A DNA stretch of 64,000 nucleotides, taken from NCBI RefSeq assembly GCF_009914755.1, contig NC_060940.1. The stretch is one strand, 5' to 3'. Positions 30,386 to 45,225 of this stretch are shown here, piece by piece. This stretch comes from the human T2T-CHM13v2.0 reference genome, Homo sapiens. Position numbers and translations under genes: made by a program. Each line of letters begins with the position of its first letter. Positions within the stretch are counted from its first letter, which is position 1. The notes beneath the pieces were generated by a model. That model was not told the origin of the DNA, ran no database searches, and saw only the letters and a list, made by a program, of their open reading frames with translations.

Positions 30386-31610
30386 TAATCAAAACCAGGC
30401 ATCTGGAGAGAGTAAGAAATAGGCATGGTTTCATGTGGGCACTGTCACACGCTTTTATCTCCTGCTGATTATTAGCTCAGGTTCTTCCATGAAATGTAGG
30501 TTCACCTGGAATCACATCAGTGTCACTCACCTGGGCACCTGTCCACTGCTCTGCTTTTCCTAGAAGTGTGGTCGAAATTTCCTGTCACTATCTGCCTGCC
30601 CTCTACCCAGGGTTTGTCTCTAATTGTGTTTTTTTTGCCAGAACCATGCCTGAGCCCTCCTTGACAGGTAGGCCTGAAGATGCTGTCCGGGAAGAATAAT
30701 AAATATAGACCAAAATCGCCTGGCACGTGCCTTATCTCAAGCCCTCTATCTGCAATTCTATCCCATCAGGCACGCTTCCTTTAGTGAATTTTCTAAGTAC
30801 CTCTATTTCAAGATCCCAATGGGAGTGATTTTTCTTAAAAGGGCACATCCTCTTTCAGTATCACCCGGCGAAAAATCCTGAACAATCTCAAGCTGATTCT
30901 AGGACAGTTTTGAGTAGGTTATCATGGGATTTCCCCCAAAGTGTGAGTTCAGTGTAGTATTTTAGCAGAATTTTAATATTGCAATAAGGGTGGATTGACG
31001 TTGCATCCATTTGTATTCTCATTACAATAAAAGAATCAGCATGGTATTAGAATTTTACTGCCTGTGATGTTTGGTGAATTACAGGGAGGTCTAATACGAT
31101 TTCCCACACTATATTCTGTTTAGATTGGCAGGTTTCTGTGGCCATTTCTCAATAGACTGATAAAGCACTAGATAGAGGATTAGTGCTCTTGGAAGCTGAG
31201 AAAGGAGGTGATGGGGTTGTTTATAGCTTCTGGGGATGGATTCTGATGAAACAGCCCAGAGAGAGTGAAACTTTCACAGCATACAGAATGCCAAGGACTC
31301 GGAACATAATATAGGGAACAGCCCCACTCCATCGAGTACTTCCCCCTGGGGGTCCAGGACCAGAACAATCAGAACAGAGATACTAATGAACCTCCCCTTG
31401 GACAACATCATAAGAAGATATAAATCATACCCAATGTCTCTGGAGGAGATTCATTCTTTTTTTCCTGCTAGAGGGACACTTCAGATTGGATTTAACTAGC
31501 ACATGTTAGACAGCAGCAACAACATGCACTCTCAACACTCACGATCTCATTCCATTTTCACACAGCCCTGTTGAATAAGCTCTTACTATTATGCTCCCCA
31601 TCACCAGTAT

Positions 31611-32045
31611 TGTTTTAGATAACGTTTCCAGGAAACAGACCCTGAAATGGAGAATTGCATGCAGAAGGATTCCTGAGGATTAGTCTCTGGAGATCAAAGA
31701 AAGTAAGGAAGTGAGGGAGGCAGGACTGGAGAGGTAGAGAAGCTGACCTGCAAAGTGGCTACAATGAAGCTCCTGCAGGGAGATCCAGAGTGGGGTGACC
31801 TTCTGAGTTCTTGCAGACAGACACAACGGTTCTGCTCCTGTGTCTAGGCACATCAGTTGCTTATTGGCTGGGGGCTACCCCATGAAGGGACATAACCTTG
31901 CACGAGGCAGCTCCCTGCTACAAAGGACAGTACTCAGTGAGGGACATGGAGGTGAGAGGTCAACAGCCAATATTCTCAGCACCTGGGTGATGAGTGTGTC
32001 AGTCCTGATGAAGGAATCTGGGCAGAATTCCACACTGTCCACTGA
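31611..32045 (-). mobile_element. LTR16A-like solo LTR (ERVL)
   Basis: CCAGGAAACAGACCCTGAAATGGAGAATTGCATGCAG...GGAATCTGGGCAGAATTCCACACTGTCCAC resembles antisense LTR16A; flanked by MIR pieces. Confidence 0.7.
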
Positions 32046-32654
32046 CATCATCATCATGGTCATTTAATGAAAGAGCCTCAAAAGAATTAAGCAAATGACC
32101 CAAGGCCACATAGCTGGTGGGTGGACCCTCAGTTGCTCTGACTCCTGAGTCAGTAAGCCCTCTCTTCCCTGCCATTGCCTCAGTCTCTCCATTTCTCTCA
32201 GGAGTCTAACTAGGGAAGCAGGTGGTGAGGTAGATGATAAAGGAATGGAAACTCTGAGTCAAGGAAATAACAATTCAGATAGAAGAATGCTAGGAACACC
32301 TTTCATTCAATAAACACCAGTACGCACCCACAGTATGCCCAGCATTATTCTAAATGCATGGGTATGATATTAGGAAGACAGACAAGGTTCTCTTTCTCAT
32401 GGAGTGTTTATTCTAGTCAGATAGGTTTATATTCTACAGAGCCTAGAATATGATGGATAAAGTTAGTAGTAGCTGAGATTGGTTGAGTTGGACATGGGAT
32501 CTCATTCGAAGGAACAGGAAATGTCCGTATTATTTATACTAATTGAGGTTATATCATATTTGGCTACATATAACAGGAAAACCAACTGATAAGAAGAAGG
32601 CTTATTCATTTCTGTTCCTTAAGTATGGTGTTTATTAAAAATAAGAAAACATGT

Positions 32655-32991
<337 letters not shown>

Positions 32992-33232
32992 TCATATTAT
33001 ATGCTGGGTGTGCAGGTAGACAGAAAACCCTACACCAGCATGGATGGCAGACTTCTGTTCTCTGACTTCCACTTCAGACTGGATTTTGGTGTAGTATGGG
33101 CTAAGTTGACATCTGGCTTAAAATGAGGAAGCAGGAGATGCAACAGATGAAGTTAAGGCAATAATTCAGTCTGTCTCATGTAGGTAATATTGAATGGCAA
33201 GGAGTATCTCTTGTCATTAGAAACACAATTGC

Positions 33233-33403
33233 TTAGCTGGGCCTGGTGGCCTGAACCTATAGTCCCAGGTACTTGGGAGGCTCAGGCAGGAGGATCACTT
33301 GAGCCCAGGAGGTCAAGGCTGCATTGAGCTATGATTGTGCCACTACACTCCAGCCTGAGCCACAGAGTAAAACCCTGTCTCAAAAAAAAAAAAAAAAAGT
33401 AAA
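33233..33403 (+). mobile_element. Alu right monomer only (FRAM or 5'-truncated AluJ)
   Basis: Single monomer plus poly(A); 15-bp TSD TAGAAACACAATTGC. Confidence 0.88.
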
Positions 33404-33678
33404 TAGAAACACAATTGCAATTGTAGCTGGGAGTGATAGCTGTTACTTAATGAGATTTAGGCCTTTGCACAGGTTTGTCATGTGGTCTTGTCTTCCCTCT
33501 TTAGAAAAGGAGGAGCTCTTTCATGATGATTTCCTCAGATGTTTGTTCACAGATAATATAAGTCTCAATTGCCAACATGCATTGCTTTCCAGGTTTGTGA
33601 GCTGGAGTCTCTTCAGTAAATGGCAGATAAAAGTATTTGAATATATCCCTGAAAAAGAAACTTCCATCTACCATCTAG

Positions 33679-33850
33679 TTTTGTGTGTGTGTGTGTGTGT
33701 GTTGTGTTGTTTTGTTTTGTTTTGTTTTGTTTTTAGACGGGTCTTGCTCTGTTGCCCAGGCTGGAGTGTATGGAGTACAGTGGCGCAATCACAGCTCACT
33801 ACAGCCTTGAAGTCCTGAGCTCAAGTGATCCTCCCACCTCAGCCTCCCGA
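33679..33850 (-). mobile_element. Partial AluJ right arm with (TG)n/(TTTTG)n tail
   Basis: AGACGGGTCTTGCTCTGTTGCCCAGGCTGGAG...AAGTGATCCTCCCACCTCAGCCTCCC. Confidence 0.85.
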
Positions 33851-34267
33851 AGTCTATCTAGTACTCCTTTGATTTTCTTTTGCCACAATGTAGCAGAGCA
33901 GACCTACATTGGATTTTGGTTTTTGTTTGTTGGTTCTGCAGAACTTGCATTCCCACATAAAGGTAGAAGGGATTCTTGGCTGTCTGATAGAGAAGATACA
34001 AAGATTCCACTAACTTTGGTCTCAGTGGGTAGAAGAAAACATCAGAGACTTGGAGACACCAGTTAAACTTCCTCGGAAGGGTTATCCATCTTTTCCACAC
34101 AGCAGAATAAAAAGTGTGGAGGAAAATGCCAACCCTTATTAGAACCTCAGCCCAGGGAATTAAGCTTTGCACAGTCAACTCAGGAGTTTATCAGCTGCCC
34201 ACTGGACATAGTTCTTTCAGTCCTCCTGATCTTTCGTTAAGTAAGTCTGAATATCCTGACATGTTGC

Positions 34268-34929
<662 letters not shown>

Positions 34930-35405
34930 GCATTAAGCATGTGTAGGTCTTCTCTTTCTCCAAAGAAAAAGATTTCAAGAGATATTCTTTGAGGGAATCC
35001 AGCCCAGTATCCATGCCCCTGTGCTTTCTAACCCAATAGTCCAACTGAATGTTCACATGTGACTTCATAATTCCATATTATTGCTCCAGAGGTTCCAAAG
35101 AGCTTCTTGTAGACTTCCCTAGGCATTAGCTAAGAATCCCAAATTCCACCCACAGAGAGCCAGCTTCTGCTAGGCACTATTGTTGCCTATAGATTAGAGG
35201 ATAAAGAATTTGGGTTTTAGTGTTTCAAAGCAAGGAGCAGTCACATGGCCAGGTCATGAGCCATGTGCAATAATTCATTATCATCATTCTTAACTGTCAC
35301 ATCACCAATGCCCTGCTTTGGGTCCACTATTATTATACAGTAAGGTAGAAGACTTTCTGGGATCCCTATTACAGCTTCAAAGACTTTGCAGTTCAACAAA
35401 CTCAT

Positions 35406-36192
35406 ACAAAAATGCTCAATATTACTAATCATTGAGGAAACGCAAATCAAAACCACAATGAGATACCATCTTGCAAGAGTCAGAATGGCTGTTATTAAAA
35501 AATAAAAGCATAACAGATGCTGGCAAGGTTGTGGAGAAAAGGGAATGCTTACACACTGCTGGCGGAAATGTAAATTAGTTCAGCCACTGTGGAAAGTGGT
35601 CTAGAGATTTCTGAAAGAACTTAAAATAGAAGTACAATTCAACTCAGCAATCTCATTACTGGGTATATACTCTAAGGAATATAAATTGTTTTACCCTAAA
35701 GATAAGTGCTCTTGGATATTCATCGCAGCACTATTCACAATAGCAAAGACATGGAATGAACCTAAATGCCCTTCAACTGTGGACAGGAGAAAGAAAAGGT
35801 GGTACGTACACACCGTAGAATACTACACAGCCATAAAAAAGAATGAGATCGTGTCCTCTGCAGCAACACAGATGGAGCTGGAGGCCATTATCCTAACTAA
35901 ATTAACACAGGAACGGAAAAACAAATATTGCATTTTCTCACTTACAAGCATGAGCTAAACACTGAGTACAGATGGACACAAAAAAGGGAAAAATGGACAC
36001 CAGGGCCTACTTGACCGTGGAGGGTGGGAAGAGGATGAGGACTGAAAAACTACCTACTGGGTATTACGATTACCCGGGCGACAAAACTATCTGTTCACCA
36101 AACCCTTGCAAAACACAATTTACCCATATAACACACCTGCACATGTACCCCTTGAGCCTAAAATAAAAATTGAGAAGAAAAATAATAAAAAT
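35406..36192 (+). mobile_element. 5'-truncated L1 (L1PA13-16/L1PB-type) 3' end
   Basis: ORF2 C-terminal remnant (FIAALFTIAKTWNEPKCPS), 3' UTR and A tail; TSD AAACTCAT. Confidence 0.88.
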
Positions 36193-39049
36193 AAACTCAT
36201 TGCACATTTAAAAAGAGAGTTATCATGGTTGGATTTTCTTTTTTCCTTAGTAAATAAAACTTCCATTATTTCACACTAAAAAAATGTAAAGAGATACTTG
36301 GCAGTTGGACTCTGTGAAATAAAGCGGTATTGCTCAGTGACTTCACCACTTTCTGGACCTCAAATTAACTTTTCATTATTGCAAGTGTATCCAGTGCAGC
36401 CACAAGCCCCAGCAAATAATTTCCTAGGACATCACTGACATTCGGACTTGAAGTGTCCTCACTGTCAGATCTGAGGCCACAGCAGTGAAGCCCGACTTCA
36501 GCATCATCTGGGTCTGGGGCTCTGAGAGCAACTGAACCTTTCTCCTTCCTCTGTTGTGCTGTGGGCTCCAAGGCAGGTGACAAATGGAAACCAAGTTGAG
36601 GGGAAAGTTCGGGTAGAGCCCGTGCTGGTTCCCAACCAGATGAGCCACAATACCCGTGGAGGCTGAGCCTAAGGGTCACCAGCCCCAGGATGAATGATTG
36701 AGAGTGCATGGTTGCCTTGATTTTATAGCATTATTTTAAAGAAAGAGGGCCTCCCCTCTCTGACCAACACACCCCAAACTATTGCAAAGCCCACCTCACT
36801 TCCTTTTTAATAAAGTCCCCTTGAACTGGCCTATGGTCTCTCACTCTCAAACTCTCAGATCCAGTTGGCCAGGCTCACCTTTGGCCCTTGCCCAGCCTCA
36901 GAGGAATGTGGCTTGGAATCAGGGAGATTTCTTATTACCTCTAGGGGTAGGAGTTCTCAGATCGGTGGAGGAGCTCAGAATATCCATCAGATCACAAAGT
37001 CCTTCTGTCTTCAAGTCTGTCATTCTCAGTGAGTCAGATTTATCTCCCACTGGATGCCAAAATGACCATAGTGGCGCTCTATCAGTTAAGGTAATGTAGT
37101 TGCTCTAACAAACAACCCTAAAATTTTAGTGGCAGTAAAATATGTGCTTTAAACAATATTTCTCTTTTGCTCATCATAGTCCAACAAGAGTTGATGGGAG
37201 AAAGTTGAGGCAGGAGCTCTTTTCCTGTCTGTCACTCAGAGATACAGGTTTTTCCATCTTGCTTCTACCCTATTCTAAGTCTGGAGTCTTCTCTACCCAG
37301 TAGAGAGGTTAAAAAAAGGGCAATATTCCCAACAGGAAGGTTTCATGGGCCAGGCCTGGGTGTGGAGAGCACTGCTTCTGTTGAAGATCTGGAACTTGGT
37401 CAGAGAGCTTCATCTACCACAAAGGAAGATAGTGAATGTAGCATAGGTGTATTGCCTGGACCAAGAAACCCAGGTATTAGGGAGCACTGCAGTGTGCCCC
37501 AGAATTTCCAAGCACCACGTCCTTACACAACAGCATTCAAGGTCAGGACCAAAGGCAGAAATCACAGGGCTTTCTTCATTCTTTCTCTCTTGCCGTCAAA
37601 GAGAAGCATCTTTTTCCAAAGCCTTCCAGAAGATTTTTTTGCCTGTGTCACACTGGCCATCACTGGGCCACCATTAGCAGCAAGGAAGTCTAGGAGAGTG
37701 AGTATCTGGCATTTTGTTCTCTAAGATGGAAAGTGGTTTCTGCCAGCAAAATAGAGCTGATTGGCTCTTGGTTGTTACACCAATGTGTGCCTATGGCTTA
37801 GAACAGAGTGTTCTAGCCAAGGTGACAAAGAAGATGTCAAAATCAGAAGAAGATGGGACTGGGTATGTGGCCAATGACCCAGGTGAGAAGGTCTTGGTTG
37901 TGGGATGGATTTCAGTCTTGTCGGGGAATTGCAATAAAAGGTGCAGAGGACAAGCACCAAGGCCGCAGGTAGTTAGATCAGGAAGCTGCAGCCTGCTTCT
38001 CACATAGATGCCCAGGGGTCATATTCCTGTCCCATGCCCCTCCGGGAAGAACAGCTGGGTTACAGCATTGGGTGAAATTGTTAGGGTAACTGGTCCACAC
38101 CATTACTTGGTGTGTGTGGGGTAAGGGGATGAGCATATATATGGGGAATACCCTTTGACCACTTTGTCTATGTGTTCCATGGTTTTTCTTGAACCCATCC
38201 TCACCCAGTTCCCTTGGAAGCAATGCTTCCTGCATCCCACTACATCTCACTTTTCTCCTCTTCTAGGAAGAGTAGACTTTGACTATATCAGGAATGGGGA
38301 TTAAATTTGCATTGCAGGTGAATTCCAAGCCTCCTTGTAAGTGAGAAAGAGTTTTATACTTACCCCCATGAGTGCTGAGACTAAGGAAATGATTACACTA
38401 ACTTCTGTCTATAGAGCATCTCTTTTGTGCTTGAAGAGTCGTTTTCATCCTTGGCTATATATTGCCATCACCTGGGGTGTTTTAAAAGATTCATGCTCCA
38501 ATTAGAATCTCTAGAGGTACAGCCTAGACATCAGTAATTTTTTAGAAGTTCCCCAGTGATTCTATTACCCAGAGAAGTTTGAAAACCATGGTACCAGACA
38601 GAGTTCTAAAGGTTTTAGATATATTATCACTTTTAATCTTCACAACCACCCGTTAAAAGAAGGTATCATCAGTTTCCTCATTCAAGAATGAATGAATGAA
38701 TGAGGTTCAGTGAAGTTAAGCAACGAGCTAGGGTTTATACAGCAGGAAGTGATACTGGAATCCACACCTGGGTCTGTCGGACTCCTGGGGTCAGCCTCCC
38801 CACCACTTCACAAGGCTGCATCTATAGGAAACAGGTTGTTATGTCTGACAGCTGGGTGAGGCTGCAGTAGGCTTCGGCTGACAACACCCGAGATTGCTCC
38901 CAAATGGTGCCCCCCTGGCATTGTCTGGGGAAACCTAACTGCTGCAGTTGTGTTATAAAATTATCACTTTACCCACGCAAATGGGCCAGAGCGACCGGTT
39001 GTCTATTCCTGTGGTTGTCCCAGATTATTAAATGAACAGCTGCCTCCAA

Positions 39050-39102
39050 ATATGTTTGCAGCCACTGAATTCAATGGCTGCGTGCATTTGCATATTCATG
39101 GC
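39050..39102. promoter_or_regulatory. Candidate enhancer core: octamer/MORE site plus 24-bp palindrome
   Basis: ATTTGCATATTCATG at 39086-39100 and near-perfect palindrome GCAGCCACTGAATTCAATGGCTGC at 39058-39081, within a ~500-bp block with no recognisable repeat. Motif evidence only. Confidence 0.4.
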
Positions 39103-39401
39103 TCCCAACCCATGGCCCAGGCTTGCAGGAGTCCTCCAATGGGGCTCTGAAAGTTAATTTATCTTGACAATTTAAATAAATACACTTCCATCAGCTTTAG
39201 TGACTCCACTAAGTTTCAGTGAGCACTTTGACAGACAGGGAAGGCAGAGATGGAACGAGATGGGTGGGTGATGGTGGCGTTTGCTATGAGTCTCAAGGTT
39301 AAGGGCAGCAAGAGGAATAAACTATTGAAATGATGAACAAAGAACTCCACACTGGTCAATCACTTTCACTGAGAGCTCCAATTTGCTCATTTTACATTTT
39401 A

Positions 39402-39403
39402 TT

Positions 39404-39438
<35 letters not shown>

Positions 39439-39723
39439 TTTTTCAGACGGAGTCTTGCTCTGCCATCCAAGCTGGAATGCAGTGGTGCAATCTCAGCTCA
39501 CTGCAACCTCCTGCCCCTGGGTTCAAGTGATTCTCCTGCCTCAGCCTCCTGAGTAGCCGAGATTACAGTTGCCTGCCACCACACCCAGCTAATTTTTGTA
39601 TTTTAGTAGAGGCAGGGTTTCACCATGTTGGCCAGGCTGGTCTCAAACTCCCGACCTCAAGTGATCCACCAGCCTCGGCCTCCCAAAGTGCTGGGAATAC
39701 AGGCGTGAGCCACCACACCAAGC
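39402..39723 (-). mobile_element. AluSx-like with (TTTA)n tail
   Basis: 16-bp TSD CTCATTTTACATTTTA on both sides. Confidence 0.93.
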
Positions 39724-39755
39724 CTCATTTTACATTTTAGACCTAGGGCAAGCTA

Positions 39756-40550
39756 ACTAAAAAATATATATATATAGTCATAAGAACACTTAACTTGAGA
39801 TCTACCCTCTTACAAAATTAAGTGTACAATATGTTATTGTTGATCATAGGTGCAATGTTGTAAAATATCACAATTTCATAAATTTCTATCATTCTCATAA
39901 CCTTGTGGAGTGGTGGGATTGTGATCCCAGAAGTCAGACAGCCCCAGGTGTGAATTCTAGCACCACTGCCTATTGGCTGAATAATTCCTAGCCAGTTACT
40001 TAACCTCTTTGAAATTCATCTGGAGCATTTCTAGAGCTGATTCATCTTGCTTGACTGGAACTGTGTCCCTTGGTTAGTAACTCATTTCTCTTCCTCCTCA
40101 TTTCTGATAGCCACCATTCTACTCTGGCTCTATGTAATTGACTGTTTTAGATATAGATATATCCTAAATATGAACTCATGCAGTGTCTGTTCTTCTGTGA
40201 CTGGCATATGTCACTAAGCATAATGTCCCAGTTCCTGAAGTTTCATCCATGTTGTCTTGGAAGGCAGAATTTCCTTCTGTTTCATAGCTGAATTGGATTC
40301 TGCTGTATGTGAGGACCACATTTTCTTTATTCCCTCATGCACTGCTAAATATTTAGGTTGTTTCTGCATCTTGGATGTTGTGAATAATGCTGCAGTGGAC
40401 ACTGGAGTGCAGGTATTTCTTCAAGATCCTGACTTCAGTTCTTTTGGATAAATACCCAGGAAGTGGGATTGCTGGATCATACGATAGTTCTGTTTAACTT
40501 TTTGAGGAACATCCATACTGCTCTTAGTGGCTGCACCATTTTGCATTCTT
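39756..40550 (-). mobile_element. L1MA9/10-type 3' fragment
   Basis: AAGAACACTTAACTTGAGATCTACCCTCTTA...AGTGGGATTGCTGGATCATACGATAGTTC; flanked by GGGCAAGCT on both sides (probable TSD within a MIR). Confidence 0.8.
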
Positions 40551-40869
40551 GGGCAAGCTTTTTGATTGATCTAAAACTTACTGTTTCTCACCTATAAAAC
40601 GGGATTCATAAACTCAAATGCAGGGTTGTAGTGAGAATTAGATGAAACAATGCAATTTCCTAACTGCCATCATTCTTGTCTTGCCTTCATATACTTGTAC
40701 TTCTGGGGCTACTAGTTAATTAATTTTCCCCTTTAAATTGAACCACTTCTTTTTTAATGTGAATATTATTTATCCATAACTTTATTAATAGCATCCTGCA
40801 GACTACAATAACATTGTCCTTTCCTAATGCGCATTAAGCAACAGATAACTTTAAAAACAGAGCTCTCTC

Positions 40870-41180
40870 AGCCAGCCGTGGTGGCTCACGTCCATAATCC
40901 TAGCACTTTGGGAGGCCAACACAGGCAGATCACTTGAGGTCAGGGGTTCGAGACCAGGCTGGCCAACATGGCTTAACCCTGTCTCTACTAAAATACAAAA
41001 ATTAGCCAGGCATGGTGGCGGGCACCTGTAATCCCAGCTACTCAGGAGGCTGAGGCAGGAGAATCACTTGAACCCCGGAGGTGGAGGTGGCAGTGAGCCA
41101 AGCTCACCCCACTGCACTCCAGCCTGGGCAACAGAGTGAGACTCAAAAAAGAAAAAAAAAAAAACACAAAACAAAACAAA
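40870..41180 (+). mobile_element. AluS (Sz-like)
   Basis: Full dimer; TSD AAAAACAGAGCT(C/G)TCTC. Confidence 0.92.
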
Positions 41181-41665
41181 CAAAAAAACAGAGCTGTCTC
41201 CTTCATGTGCCACCTCATTGGTGTGTGGAACGCAATTGCAGACACTCTACATGGAGAGAGTAAGACCACAGCTGGGCACCTGCACATGAGAAATAGCCAG
41301 TACTTATCTGTTTCACCTTCTGCTTAATGCCAGCCTCCCATGTGAAGACGGTCCTTACACAGGCAACACTGATTGAATCTGGGGTGTGGGGGCAGCTCAG
41401 CCACCATGCAGGAATAGAATCAGCTCCAGTGTTGCTGCAGCTGCCCACTCTTGTCCCTCACTGTGGCAGCTCTTGGTTAATGGCAGAGACCCGGGGCCTC
41501 GCTGCCCGTGCTACAGCCTGGGCTGTGCAAGCTACCAGGGAAGCAATCCTTGGCAGGCATCTCACCTTTCTGTGCCTCAGTTTCTTCATCTGCAAGGTGG
41601 AGATAATGTTAGCTACATCGTGAGGATTGAGTGATGTGCCTGGTGCAGAGAAAGTTGCCATTTAA

Positions 41666-41956
<291 letters not shown>

Positions 41957-42012
41957 TTAGAGTAAAGGGATTTTTTAAATGTCCAGATATGCTGATTCAC
42001 ATCAGTTTGTAG

Positions 42013-42260
42013 CCTCTCTTTTCTTCTCTCCCTCCTCTTTCCTTCCTTCCTTCCTTCCTTCCTTCCTTCTTTCCTTCCTTCCTTTTTTCCTTTATCTCTC
42101 CCTTTTCCCTCCTCCTTTCCTTCTTTCCCTTCCTTGTCCCTTCTTTCCTTCCTTCTTCTTTCTCTTTCTCCTCCTCTACCATCCTTCCTCTCTTCCTCCC
42201 AAGTGCTTTCCTTCCTTCCCACATCCATTTTTCCTTTCTTCTTCCCTCAGTCTCTGCCTT
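42013..42260. repeat. CT-rich low-complexity tract including (TTCC)7
   Basis: Nearly pure pyrimidine plus strand. Confidence 0.95.
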
Positions 42261-43151
42261 TCACACACCCAGAGGACCTCCTACACCTCAAGGAATTTAG
42301 TTACTTTCCTATACGTGATGCATCCTGTTTTCTCATTTCACAGGTGAAACTGAAGAGGCTGCAGCTTTGAGAAGACACATGATTTTCACATGTTCACACA
42401 GCAAGTGCAATAATGAGCTGACATCTTCCTAAATGCACACTAAAAATAATACATGCTTGTGAAAACTAAGATGGTTCCTCCATTGTCACCTAATGCATTG
42501 TGTACACCTGCGGTACATGTGCTTCTCCTGGAGAAATCATGGAATTGTGTTAAGGAACAAGCTCAGCCTCTTGCATTGGAGTGGCATCTTGTGTCTGAGT
42601 GTGTGTAAGAGACAGAATATATAAAGGTTAGATGCGTGTTCTGTGCAGCCAGACTCCTTGGCTTTGTCTTCTGGTTCCACTGCAATGCTTAGCACATCCC
42701 TTCTTGTTTCTCATCCTCAGTCTTTGTATCTGAAATGTGGGGATAATAGTAGAACTTACCTCCTGAGGCTGTTGTGTGGAATAAACAAGACAACAGAGAA
42801 GTGTTCAGCAAACGCCTGCTAAGTACCAGTAAATATGGGTGATTGTTATCATTATTCTGGGCATTACAGGGAACTACATTGCAGAAAGCAACTGTTCAAG
42901 TGCAAGATGATGCTTGCAGCAGTTGCAGGATCCAACCACTCTTCTCCAGTGTGAGGTTTGGCTGATCAAACTGCCTTTAGTCAGATCCACCTGCCACCTA
43001 CATCTGTGTGACCTGGAGTAAATTCTTAACCTCTCTGAGCCACAGTTTTCTTATCTATAAAAGGAGAAGAATACTGGCACCTGCCTCAGGGTAGTGGTGA
43101 AAATCAAATAAAGTAACAGAAGAATTACTTAGAATAAAGCCTGATGCATAA

Positions 43152-43461
<310 letters not shown>

Positions 43462-44399
43462 ACTGTTTTCTTTTTAAACTACTGCCTCTACTCTTCCCTA
43501 TTATCTGATGCTCTCTCTCTCTTTAAGTAAACACACCTGGGGATGTTCCAGGTGTTTGGTGCTGGCAGGATCATCACCCCTTTCTCCATCACACACACAA
43601 CGACACCACTACCAGCTGTGTGCTCTCCACCCATTCAGGGAATTGCATTGCTCCAAGGACGACCCAGAGCAGACAGAGGCCTGGGAGGGAGGGTCTGGGC
43701 AGGGGCAGGGAGAGAGGAAAGAATCGCCTCCAAGTACTTGGCTAGCCTTCTGCTTCCCCTCAGGAGAATCATAAATTACCCTCCTTTAGTTGTTCACCAC
43801 TGCTCCCATGAAAATTAAATTCCCAGCCTGTATTTTAAATCCTATATATTGTTTGGCTTAAGCTGAAATTTTTTCACTCTGATAAATAGGGCATTTTAAT
43901 AACATTCACAGCATGACCAAGAGTTGGAAGAAAATACACATGGCTCACAGGTGTCGGATTCCCTGGGCACTGCGGAGATGGGATCTTGTCATAGCGCTCT
44001 CCTGGAGAATGACTAATGCTTACGTAGGAAGGAGAGGGTGTCTCTGCCCCTCCAGGGACTGAGACAGCAGGGGAGGCTGAGTGCTGGGAACATAGAACTG
44101 CTGGAGGAAGGAATGGGAGGTGAGGAGGCAGGCAGAGGCAGGGACCCGAGTTTGCTCCTCCTAGGAGATGCACAGCCCCTAGGAGGATGGCAGCCTGACC
44201 CCAGCAGCAGTCCTTGAAGCTCTTCTTTCTCCACTCTGTCAGGGCTCTGTGTCTTCGCTGCCAGAGATAACAGGGTGATGAAATGTTCTGAATCCATCAA
44301 ATGCCTGCACACCGAGGCAAGGGGCTGCTTTTGCTCTATTCTTTTTTTTTTTTTTTTTCAGTTTTGCCCTCTGATGTCGGCAGAAGTCTTTGACATTAA

Positions 44400-45185
44400 C
44401 ATGCATGGGTTGGCTCCTACCCTGTGCTGGGTTCTATGGGGGATACAGAGATGAATAAGACATGGCCACTGCCCTTGAAGAGCACACACACCAGTGGGGA
44501 AGACAGATATGAGCTCAAGCACTAAGAGTTAAATACTAACGGCTATTGCACATTGAACACTCACCAGGAGCTTGGCACTGTGCTAAACCTCACTCATTCA
44601 TTTAATAACTATTAACCAAGTGCCCAGAATATGTCAAGAATGTTTTTTTTTCGGTGCCTGGAATCAAATAAGGAACAACGCAGCAGTCCTCTACCTTTGT
44701 GGAGTTTATCATCCCTGAGGGTGGTAGCGAGGAGAAAGACAACCAATAAAGAAAGAAAGAAGTCTATAATACACCTGGAGGTGATCACTTACAAGGCAAA
44801 GTAAACGGAGAGGAATGGGGAAGCCATTTTATAGCAGGTAGGTCTGGGGAAGCCTCACCAATGAATGAATGGAATAAGAGAGTGAGTCATGGGGATGCCT
44901 GAAGAAGAGTGTTCCAGGTTGAGAACACAGCCAGTGAAAAGGCTCTGAGCATGTGGAGGCCAGCAGCCCAAAGCAGAGGGAGAGGGAGGAGGGTGGGAAA
45001 TTAGATCAGAGAAGTCAAGAAGCCAAGGGAAGAACTTTGGATTTTATTCTAAGGACAGTGAAAATTTACCAGATTATTTTAAAGCAAAGGAGTAACATTA
45101 AGTTAAGTTTGCAAAGGATCACTGAGCACACTGTAGGAATGAACAAGGGTGAGAGCTGGGGACCAATCATGAGGTTCTAAGGGCA
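44400..45185 (-). mobile_element. L2 remnants
   Basis: GGGGATACAGAGATGAATAAGACATGG...; AAGAGTGTTCCAGG...; CTTTGGATTTTATTCTAAG. Confidence 0.65.
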
Positions 45186-45225
45186 GCCACAACTATTTCC
45201 ATTGTGGACATCAGAAAAGCTGAGG

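Noticed and set aside
38900-38925. CTCF-like motif GGTGCCCCCCTGGCA
   Set aside because: Has one G too many on the minus strand and matches the 5' half of the CCASYAGRKGGC core poorly.
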